NCBI GenBank assembly: GCA_041487115.1
Contig: JBGPMS010000001.1
Span: 908 to 64,907, forward strand
Direction: 5' to 3'
DNA length: 64,000 bases
Origin: Gammaproteobacteria bacterium
Lineage (GTDB): Bacteria; Pseudomonadota; Gammaproteobacteria; Burkholderiales; SHXO01
The notes under the pieces are model-generated. The model saw nothing but the letters and a program-made list of their open reading frames with translations, was not told the DNA's origin and did no database searches. Within the stretch, counting starts at the first letter, position 1, and each line of letters begins with the position of its first letter. Of this stretch, positions 1 to 8,500 are shown piece after piece. The translations under genes and the position numbers were made by a program.

Positions 1-319
1 GCAAGTGGCCCCGGGGGTTTTGTTGCGCGAACGAATTTGGAACACGGGCTTCTGGTGGAACTGGCATACGCGCTGGTCTCAGGAGAGCGCCTCAAAAGCC
101 GTTCGTGTTGAGCGCGTTTCGACTCTGCTACGCGACGCTCAACACGGTACATCCGCGGGCAGATCGAGCTGATCGAGAAGGCGAGGGCGGAGCAGGCGGC
201 CGGATGGGCGACGGCGCCTCTGCTCTGAGCAAGCTATAATTGCCCCCTCAGCTTGTGTTTCGCGAACCCGTCTGGCCAGCCAGAGTCCGCTGTCAGGCGG
301 GAAAGGCAATTCCTCACGC

Positions 320-395
320 GGTGACGTAGCTCAGTCGGTAGAGCGGCGGACTCATAACCCGCAGGTCGCCGGATCGTTCCCGGCCGTCACCACCA
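320..395 (+). tRNA. tRNA-Met (anticodon CAT; lysidine-type tRNA-Ile2 cannot be excluded)
   Basis: 76-nt cloverleaf folded by hand: acceptor GGTGACG/CGTCACC, D-arm GCTC-AGTCGGTA-GAGC, anticodon loop CTCATAA, encoded 3' CCA. T-loop is non-canonical (GGATCGTTCC rather than GGTTCGAATCC) and position 31:39 is an A-C mismatch. Confidence 0.8.
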
Positions 396-673
396 AGAAC
401 TCTTCATTTGGTGGGTGCTTACGGGGCTCCGCAGCGACGGTATTTCGGACCGTCGCTAACTTAAAACGGAGCCCGACATGAATATGCAACCCGCCCCTCT
501 CGCGCGCGCGCCGATCCCTTCCGGGGTGGGCGCAAGCGAGAAACGGGATTCTGATCTTGATACCCTATCCTTGCGCCGCGGTCGACATTCGCGATCTGTG
601 AGTGAGCTCATCCAATTGATCTCACGGGGGGCGCCGGCCGCGGGTCTAACAATGCCGAGTCGCGTCTCGGCCT

Positions 674-1933
674 TCATGATCCTAGGCCAGTAGAGATGCG
701 TTGGGATATCGCTTTGTCGATAAGCTGCTTGACTGTGGAGTCTATGTTGCGCAGCTCGAACCGCTGCATGAAGTTTAGTGGCCCAAGCTCAACAAACAGC
801 TTGCCGAGGACTTCATCGGCGAAGCTGCTCGATATCAAGGGAATGTCAGCGAAGTCAATGGTGATCCGCTGTCCTGGACACATACGAGCGAGATTCGAGA
901 GCTTAACGCGAACTGGCGCACCAGCAACGCGGCTACCAAACGATGAGCTTTCATCCTTCATTACGAAGCGTACCGCTTCCTCGTGCAGTTGCTCAAAGCG
1001 CAGCTCAACATAGTCCAGCGGCGTGTGCGGTTTGCCATTGAAGCGCAGGGCTTCCTCTAGCAAATAGGGGACTGAGAAGTCGATCTGCGCAGCGACTAAG
1101 GTACCCTCGAATGGTACCTTCTCCGTGGATACATGTAGACCATCTCTCTCAGTGAAGACCAGCTTCCCATATCCAGATTCGACTTGGAAGAACCCCTTGC
1201 TATGACTGCATATCTGGTAGCTACCAAATAGTCCGTTACCCTGGCCGATCGCCTTGTCGCGAGTTACGCCTTCGCGGATGGCGTGCTGAAGTGCTTCGGC
1301 ATCTGAGCTGAGATCGGGGCGAGCTTCGCGCAGAGTGGCCGGAATGCCGACACCGGCGTCCGCCACAATGTACTCAACCCTTTTCCTCGCGCGTTGGAAC
1401 GTTGAGACCTGAACAAGGCCGCCAATTCCGGATTGGGCATGATTCAGTACGTTGTCTGTGATTTCATTTACCGACCACTCAAGAGCTGCCAGCTCTTTGC
1501 GCTCTAGATTCGGGATGGCACCAAGGATCGCATTGACGATGCGATTAACTGCTTGCTGCTGCTCATGAGCGTTTCTAAACTGCGTCGCCGGAACTTGCGT
1601 GTATCCCTTGAACGCAGAGGGCGGGTTGTTCCGCGGTTCCAGGAAATGTGCCCAGTTAGCGTTCTGGAACAGGCGGGCGAGCTTGGCGTCCTTCGGCGGG
1701 AAGAGGGCTACGTCGATCTTCGCGTTCCGCAGCCTCATGACCTGAGCACAAACCGCGAGCATGGGTCCAGCGAACGCTGCAGTGCAGTCACTAAAATCTA
1801 AAATCAGGTCTTTGTATCCAGCATTCTGCACCGCGTGATGTAGACCGCCAAGCGGCCGGAGTAAGTCCTCGATGCCGAACGCACCCCTGAATACGACCTT
1901 GTTCTTGTCTCTGAAGATTCGGGTCTCAGACAT
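674..1933 (-). CDS. GHKL (histidine-kinase-like, RsbW-type) ATPase flanked by STAS-like domains (C-terminal part resembles DUF4325)
   Basis: 419-aa ORF with ATG start. Bergerat-fold motifs: N-box NEITDNVLNHA, G1 ADAGVGIP (DxGxG), G2 GQGNGLFG. N-terminal LILDFSDCTAAFAGPMLAVCAQVMRLR and C-terminal ITIDFADIPLISSSFADEVLGKLF resemble STAS/anti-sigma-antagonist folds. Family names are from memory, not from a search. Confidence 0.7.
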   Translation of the reverse strand: MSETRIFRDKNKVVFRGAFGIEDLLRPLGGLHHAVQNAGYKDLILDFSDCTAAFAGPMLAVCAQVMRLRNAKIDVALFPPKDAKLARLFQNANWAHFLEPRNNPPSAFKGYTQVPATQFRNAHEQQQAVNRIVNAILGAIPNLERKELAALEWSVNEITDNVLNHAQSGIGGLVQVSTFQRARKRVEYIVADAGVGIPATLREARPDLSSDAEALQHAIREGVTRDKAIGQGNGLFGSYQICSHSKGFFQVESGYGKLVFTERDGLHVSTEKVPFEGTLVAAQIDFSVPYLLEEALRFNGKPHTPLDYVELRFEQLHEEAVRFVMKDESSSFGSRVAGAPVRVKLSNLARMCPGQRITIDFADIPLISSSFADEVLGKLFVELGPLNFMQRFELRNIDSTVKQLIDKAISQRISTGLGS

Positions 1934-2039
1934 TGCCTAGGTTTAGTGAGGTTGTCGAATTGTCTGACGGACGAGCCACAATATCCATCATAGCCTCTTA
2001 CAGCTAGCGTAAGCGGTGTTGCAGGAGTCTCCCCACGGT

Positions 2040-2687
2040 CTACGTAGTGAGCTGGGGGAATCCCGGTTGCGATCCCTGCACTCGATATCTCCACGCTACG
2101 TAGTAAAGAAAATTGACGAGAACACGGACGTCTCGTGATCGGACTTGCGTATTTCTCCCAGTCTGATCGAAGATCGCAACCACTCTTCCCGCGTCAATCA
2201 TGGATTGGAACTTGGCGGACGGCGTATGTTCGAGAACACAGAGAACTCCTATGCCAGGACTTCGTCCATGGTCCGCGCTGGCCCCTCCCGGATCCGATAC
2301 GATCCTTCTCCCATCGACATCGTCTAAGAAGCCTTTCAGCTCCTTCACCGTCTTGCTATGGTTGCTTCTCTTGACCTCGATGACCCCGAAGGCACTACTT
2401 CTCGGGACGAGCCCAAAGCCCTCAATATCGAATAGAGCTGGGGCAGGATAAGGTGCCCAGATTATGATGTCGATCTGGCGCAGGGTCACTGGCATCGGAT
2501 AGTCAATCACAGCTCCAGTCGAAACGCGCATCGGATGAACCATGCGGTTCACCAGGCGCCGGAGAGCTGCCTCGGTGAAGGCGCCGAGGAGCACGCTATT
2601 CTGTGTCAGCTGTTTGATCTTGAGGGCGGGCCGGAGCTCATGCACGAGGTGCTCGGCGAACGCATCCAAGTACTCATCAACAGTCAT
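2040..2687 (-). CDS. PD-(D/E)xK-like predicted nuclease (DUF6602-like pattern)
   Basis: 215-aa ORF with ATG start and GAAGGA upstream. The pattern TGAVIDYP...LRQIDIIIW...VPRSSAFGVIEVKRS matches a restriction-endonuclease-like D...E-x-K core. Assignment by motif only. Confidence 0.5.
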   Translation of the reverse strand: MTVDEYLDAFAEHLVHELRPALKIKQLTQNSVLLGAFTEAALRRLVNRMVHPMRVSTGAVIDYPMPVTLRQIDIIIWAPYPAPALFDIEGFGLVPRSSAFGVIEVKRSNHSKTVKELKGFLDDVDGRRIVSDPGGASADHGRSPGIGVLCVLEHTPSAKFQSMIDAGRVVAIFDQTGRNTQVRSRDVRVLVNFLYYVAWRYRVQGSQPGFPQLTT

Positions 2688-2755
2688 TTATTGCAATCCT
2701 TCCCGGGCTGCGGTGATACTACGAGGTTGGATCCAGGTAGCCAGCCAAGTTGCTT

Positions 2756-3613
2756 TTAGCTAACGGTACAGGCGCCGTTCTGAAAGCAGAAGCGCAACTC
2801 ACCGTCCTGCCGTGTAGTCAGCACTTTCCGCTTATCCAGTTTCCCACGAAACGGCGTGATGCCGACGCACTTGCTGTTGTAATAACCGATAGTGTTTTGC
2901 GTGTCGTACTGCTTGTAATCGTCGGAGATGATGACAATTTTTGGTTTGCAACCCCACACGTCAAAGATGTCCTCGCAGATGCCGTTCTCCCGGCCATGGT
3001 GGGCTGCGATAAGTACGTCCGTGGACCCTATGAGCTGGCGCAGCCTGGCATTTGTATTCAGCAGATGTTTCCATCCGGCCATCTCTAGGTCGCCAGGAAA
3101 GATGAATTGCACGCCCTGGATGTCGAGGTGCAGGAGAGTGCTCAGGTTGTTTTCGTCGTCAAATGCCGGGTAGGAGTTGTTGAACCACTCCAGGTGCACC
3201 CCAGCAAACTGCGGTGACATAGCACCGACGGCAGGTGGACCGAAGTTGTCCAGAGAACCTACCAACGCGTCGATGCCCTTGCCCATCCCGTCCTCGGTTT
3301 TCAGGAGCTTGATCGTTTGCGGCGATACCGACTTGTTTCTGATCATCCAGCCAATATTGATGCCCCGCGCGAGCATGTTTGGGTAGCCCGAGACGTGGTC
3401 TTCGTCGTAATTCGTTATAGCTAGAAGATCGATGTAGCTGATGCCCAGACCCTTAAGGTGATCACCCGGGTACCAGGGCATGGATCCGTTGTGACCACAA
3501 TCAACCATTAGTCGGCCGAACCCGCCGCCGACCAAAGGAGCCGTGAGGAGCCCGCAAGCGCCGTGTTCGACATCGAAAATCTGTAGCAGGGCATCATGAA
3601 TCGGTATCATCAT
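2756..3613 (-). CDS. MBL-fold metallo-hydrolase, ComEC/Rec2-like subtype with variant metal motif
   Basis: 285-aa ORF. MVDCGHNG, then AITNYDEDHVSG where HxHxDH normally sits, then FPGD and LIAAHHGRENG (the HHG signature of ComEC-type MBL domains). Confidence 0.65.
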   Translation of the reverse strand: MMIPIHDALLQIFDVEHGACGLLTAPLVGGGFGRLMVDCGHNGSMPWYPGDHLKGLGISYIDLLAITNYDEDHVSGYPNMLARGINIGWMIRNKSVSPQTIKLLKTEDGMGKGIDALVGSLDNFGPPAVGAMSPQFAGVHLEWFNNSYPAFDDENNLSTLLHLDIQGVQFIFPGDLEMAGWKHLLNTNARLRQLIGSTDVLIAAHHGRENGICEDIFDVWGCKPKIVIISDDYKQYDTQNTIGYYNSKCVGITPFRGKLDKRKVLTTRQDGELRFCFQNGACTVS

Positions 3614-3628
3614 CAGGCAGGCCTCGTG

Positions 3629-4288
3629 CTATTTGGAGTAGGCGAAAGCTGTAAAGAGCTCGACCGCATACAATCTCAAGAACTTCAGATACCGGAAGAT
3701 CATTCCAATCCCAATGATGAGCGCAGCGAGCGCCCAGTAAGCGTCCTCTTTAGTTCCCGAACCCCACTGATATGACCATGCAAGAACAGTCGCATCGATG
3801 AAGGCCACGAGTGCGATGTTTCGACAGAAACCGTAAAGATTCAGGAAGTCGGTTAGTCTTGCGATCACTGCCGGCATTGCGCGGGCGTGCTGATAAGCTA
3901 GCCAAAATAATGCCTCTCCGGGCCGCGACACCCCCAGTGCTTGGCCTTTGTCCAGCGCCGCTTTTCGTAGCTCGGTGGGAAGCGCCTGGAAATAACTCGG
4001 AGAGAGCCTACGGACGCACTTCCAGGCCTTGGCATCTCCAAAGAGCACGTTCCGGGGATAGCCAAGTAGCTGTCCCGTCAGGAAGCGCTCGAATATCACG
4101 GACGACATGCCAGCGACCAGATGTCCGACGATGTATGCGGCGGAGACAGCGATGATGCCCTGAACGATGGTCCACGAATTGCGCATCAGGAGGTCTGTAC
4201 CTGCTACATGGTCGAGCGCGAATAGCAGCAGAAAACCGGCCGACAGATACCCCCAGAAGTCGTAGGAAGAAAAGGGAATCCGATCCAC
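3629..4288 (-). CDS. small integral membrane protein (about 4 predicted TM helices), function unknown
   Basis: 219-aa ORF with GTG start. Hydrophobic stretches FWGYLSAGFLLLFAL, IVQGIIAVSAAYIVGHLVAGM, NIALVAFIDATVLAW, YWALAALIIGIGMIF. It is 15 nt upstream of the MBL gene on the same strand. Confidence 0.55.
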   Translation of the reverse strand: MDRIPFSSYDFWGYLSAGFLLLFALDHVAGTDLLMRNSWTIVQGIIAVSAAYIVGHLVAGMSSVIFERFLTGQLLGYPRNVLFGDAKAWKCVRRLSPSYFQALPTELRKAALDKGQALGVSRPGEALFWLAYQHARAMPAVIARLTDFLNLYGFCRNIALVAFIDATVLAWSYQWGSGTKEDAYWALAALIIGIGMIFRYLKFLRLYAVELFTAFAYSK

Positions 4289-4343
4289 GAGCTTCCAAAA
4301 CGCGAGGCTAGAAGCTTGGTGCTATCCGCGAGAACATGCGGAA

Positions 4344-5510
4344 CTAGTGTAGTGCTTCGTAGTTAATGGAACCAATCGTGATGTGTCGTATCACAAGGGT
4401 TGTGAGACTGCTTGGGAGGCGACGATGCGAGTGGCAAGCGCGATTGAACTGGACGAAGTGCAGCGCAAGGAACTGATGAAGCTGGCGCATTCGAACACGA
4501 CCGAGGTGCGTCTGGCACGCCGCGCCGGCATTGTGCTGCTGGCCGCAGATGGGTTGGACAACCGCGAGATCGCCGAGTTGATGGGGGTGGGGCGCATTCA
4601 GGTGGGCCGTTGGCGTGAGCGCTACGCGGCTGGTGGGGTGAAAGCCATCGAGCGGGATTTGCCGCGCGCGGGGCGCAAACCCAAAGTGGACCCTGTCGAG
4701 ATCGTGCGCTTGACCACGCAGACCAAGCCGCGAGGTGCTACCCAGTGGAGCACCCGCACGCTCGCCGCGGTGGCGGGAGTGAGCGACACCACGGTGCATC
4801 GCATCTGGAAGGCGCGCGGGCTCAAGCCACACCGGGTCAAGCGCTTCAAGGTATCTCGCGATCCCAAGTTCGTCGAGAAGCTCGAGGATATCGTGGGTTT
4901 GTATATGTCCCCGCCCGAGCATGCACTGGTGCTGTGTTGCGACGAGAAGAGCCAAGTGCAGGCGCTCGATCGCACCCAGCCCGGTCTGCCGATGAAGCCC
5001 GGGCGTGCCGCCACCATGACTCATGACTACAAGCGCAACGGCACCACCACCCTGTTTGCGGCGATGAATACTCTCGATGGTACGGTCATCTCGCGCTGCG
5101 AGCAACGCCATCGCCACATCGAGTGGCTTACCTTTCTGCGTCAGATCAACCGCGAAACCGCACCGGACAAGGCGCTTCATCTGATCTGCGACAACTACGC
5201 CACCCACAAGCACCCCAAGGTCAAGGAGTGGCTGGCCAAGCACCCACGCATCCATGTTCATTTCACTCCGACCTCGGCCTCCTGGCTCAACATGGTCGAG
5301 CGCTTCTTCCGTGACATCACCACCGAACGCCTGCGCAATGGCGTGTTTCGCAACGTCCCAGAGCTAACCGCCACCATCAAGGAGTACATCGCCTTGCACA
5401 ACAAAAATCCCAAACCCTTCGTCTGGACTGCCAAGGCCAAGGACATCCTGGCCAAAGTCATCCGCGCCAACAGTCGGTTAAGTTCCAAACAGAACGAAGC
5501 ACTACACTAG
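4344..5510 (+). mobile_element. IS630-family insertion sequence, apparently intact
   Basis: Perfect 17-bp terminal inverted repeats: CTAGTGTAGTGCTTCGT at 4344-4360 and ACGAAGCACTACACTAG at 5494-5510. Both ends lie in CTAG with a TA on each side (4345-4346, 5508-5509), the known IS630 target and duplication. One transposase ORF inside. Confidence 0.9.
4425..5510 (+). CDS. IS630-family DDE transposase
   Basis: N-terminal HTH region (EVRLARRAGIVLLAADGLDNREIAELMGVGRIQVGRWRERY) and DDE region (LCCDEKSQVQAL...LICDNYATHKH...WLNMVERFF). ATG at 4425 is preceded by GGAGG; the track start at 4383 is a GTG. Confidence 0.9.
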   Translation: MRVASAIELDEVQRKELMKLAHSNTTEVRLARRAGIVLLAADGLDNREIAELMGVGRIQVGRWRERYAAGGVKAIERDLPRAGRKPKVDPVEIVRLTTQTKPRGATQWSTRTLAAVAGVSDTTVHRIWKARGLKPHRVKRFKVSRDPKFVEKLEDIVGLYMSPPEHALVLCCDEKSQVQALDRTQPGLPMKPGRAATMTHDYKRNGTTTLFAAMNTLDGTVISRCEQRHRHIEWLTFLRQINRETAPDKALHLICDNYATHKHPKVKEWLAKHPRIHVHFTPTSASWLNMVERFFRDITTERLRNGVFRNVPELTATIKEYIALHNKNPKPFVWTAKAKDILAKVIRANSRLSSKQNEALH

Positions 5511-8500
5511 ATGCCTCTGCGCTTAGCCTTTCATCTGTTCAAGCACGGCTCGCTGTGGGTCTACCGACTGTCGACCTTCGCGGTGCTGGCGGCGGGGGTG
5601 TTGTTTGCCTCCATGGTGCTGCTGCTGCGCTACTGGGTGTTGCCCCATATCGACGACTACCGGCCGAATATCGTCGCCGGATTGACACGGGCGGCGCACC
5701 AGCGCATTGAGATCGGCCGCATCGAAGGGGAGTGGGACGGCTACCGGCCGCGGCTCATCCTGCGCGACGTGCGCTTGCTCGACGAGCGAGGACAGGAGCG
5801 GTTGAAGCTCGAGGAGGTCGACAGCACGCTCGCGTGGCTGTCGCTGTTTGCCGGGGAGCTGCGCTTCTACTCCATCGAGCTGGAACAGCTCAGCCTGGAG
5901 ATCCGCATCGACACCGGCGGTAACCTCTTGGTAGCGGGCATACCGGTCGGGCAGTCCGGCGGCGAGCGGGGGTTGGGCGACTGGCTGCTGGAGCAGCACC
6001 GCATCGTCGTGCGCGACTCGGAGCTGATCTGGGTCGACGAGAGGCTGGGCGGCACGCCGCTGGAGCTGGAGGATGTGGAAGTGCTGGTCGAGCAGCGCTT
6101 CTGGACCCATCGCTTCGGCCTGCGCGCCAAGCCGCCGCTCGAGGTCGCCTCGCCGATCGACTTCCGCGGCGACCTGCACGGCCGCAGCTTCAGCAACCTT
6201 TCCGGCTGGGCTGGCCGCCTCTACCTCGGCATCGGATACGCCAACCTGGCGGCACTCCGGCCCTGGTTCAAGCTGCCGATGCACACGACGGAGGGTTCGG
6301 GCAGTCTGCAGATCTGGGGCACATTGCAGCGTGGGCAGCCGGGCGAAATCACCGCCGACGTGGGGCTGGCCAACGTGCACGCGCGCCTGCGCGAGGACTT
6401 GCCCGAGCTTGAGCTGTCCCACCTGCGGGGCCGCCTCGGCTGGCGTTCGGATCCGACCGGCATATCCATATGGGCGCGGGGCTTGAGTTTCACGACGCCG
6501 GACGGCGTGGACCTCCCGCCGGCGGACATCAGCTACTCGCGTACGCTGCCCGGCGCCAGCCGCCCGCTCGAATCCGAGGTTGCCTTCGACGCCGTCGAGC
6601 TCGACGCGCTGACGCGCCTGATCGACCGCCTTCCACTGGATGCCGCGCTGCGCACCCGCCTGGCCGAGGTCAACCCGCGCGGGCAGTTGCGGGATTTCCA
6701 TCTTCACTGGCGCGACAGCTTCAGCTGGAGTGGCCCTTACGATGTACGCGGGCGGTTCGAGGACGTCGCGGTCAGCCCCACCGGCTCCTTGCCGGGCATC
6801 TCTCACGTTACTGGCCGCCTTGACGGCAGCGAACGCGGCGGGTCGATCCTCCTGAACGCGGCGGCCACGGAGCTGGTCATGCCGTCGGTGTTCGTCGGGA
6901 CGCTTCCGCTGGACCGGCTCGAAGCCAGGGCGTCCTGGACCGTTTCCGGCGGCGTGCCGAACATCGCGCTCGAGCGCGTGGCCGTGTCCAACAAAGATAT
7001 CGCTGGCGAGGTATCCGGCCGCTACCAAGTGGTGCCCGGCGGTCCCGGCATCATCGATGTGAAGGGGAAGTTCGGGCAGGTCACCGGCCAGGGTGCCTGG
7101 CGCTATATCCCACTGATGGTCGCGGAGCCAGTGCGCCAGTGGTTGCGGCGCGCGATCGTATCGGTCTCCGCCAGCGATGTGCAGGTCACGCTGCGCGGCG
7201 ACCTCCGCAACTTTCCTTGGGGGCGCACCGGCGACGGCCTGTTTGAGGTGTCGGGTGCAGTCCAGGACGGAACGCTGGCCTACCATACGAGCTGGCCCAG
7301 GGTGGAAGGTCTGCAGGGCCGCATCGCGCTCCGGGGCAGCCGGCTAGAGGTCACCGCCAACGCCGGAAGCGTCTTCGGAACCAGGCTGTCGGGCGTCACT
7401 GCCCTGATCCCGGACCTCGGCTCGTCCGACCCGCTGCTGGAGGTGCACGGTGAGGCCGAGGGTCCGACCAGCGACTTCCTGCGCTTCGTACAGGAGAGCC
7501 CGGTGCAGGAGCGGGTCGGCGACCTTACCGACGGAATGCGCGCCAGCGGCCGCGGCCGTCTGAGCCTGCGCATCGACATCCCGCTGCACAGGACCGTGGA
7601 CGGGCAGGTGACGGGCACCTACGTCTTCGCCGACAACACCCTTGATGCGGGCGAGGGTCTGCCGGTGCTGGAACAACTGTCGGGCCGGCTGGTGTTCACC
7701 CAGGACGATGCCAGCCTGCGCGACGGCGCCGCCCGCGTCTACGGGGTGCCCGCCCGGTTTACCGTTGCGCGGGAGGGCTCGGGTTCGGTCCGCATCAAAG
7801 CCATGGGACAGGTCGAAGCGGCGCAGCTGCGGCGTGAGATCAACCAGCCATGGCTCGCGCACTTGACTGGCTCCACTGACTGGCAATTTGCCGCCTCCCT
7901 GGGCGGGCGGCGCCACGACTTCGTGATCGAATCCAACCTGGTGGGCATCGCCTCCTCGTTGCCTACCCCTTTTGCCAAGACCGCGAAGGAGCGGGTCGCG
8001 CTGCGCATCGAGCGGCGGGAGCGCACGCGGGCGAACGACCTCGTCACCATCGCGTACGGCGACCATCTGTCTGCCCAACTGGTGGTGGACAAGGCCGGTA
8101 AGGCGAGGATCAGCCGCGGCGAGATCGTGTTGGGGGGCACCGCACCAGCGCCTCAACGCGACGGGATCTGGATTGCCGGTGCGCTGGAACGCGTCGATCT
8201 GGACCAGTGGCAGGATCTGCTGTCGCAACCGGGCACCGGGGCAGGCGAAGGCAACGCCGGGCTCGCTGGGATCGACCTGTCGGTGTCCCTGGTGCGGGCG
8301 TTCTCCCGGGACTTTCACGACGTGAGGTTCGACGCCACCCGTAGCGAGAGCGCTTGGTCGGCGAAGCTCGACAGCCGCGAGATTACGGGAGACCTGAAAT
8401 GGCTGCCGGAGGGGGACGGGTTGCTCGTCGGCCGCTTCGGCCGCCTGGAACTGCCGCCTTCCACCGCCGAAGTGGAGCCCGAACCGGTGAACGCCCAGCC

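Noticed and set aside
1-228. Possible 3' end of an upstream CDS (frames ending at TGA 109-111 or TGA 226-228)
   Set aside because: The fragments are short, have no recognisable similarity, and carry stops in all three forward frames within the first 230 nt. A gene cannot be supported.
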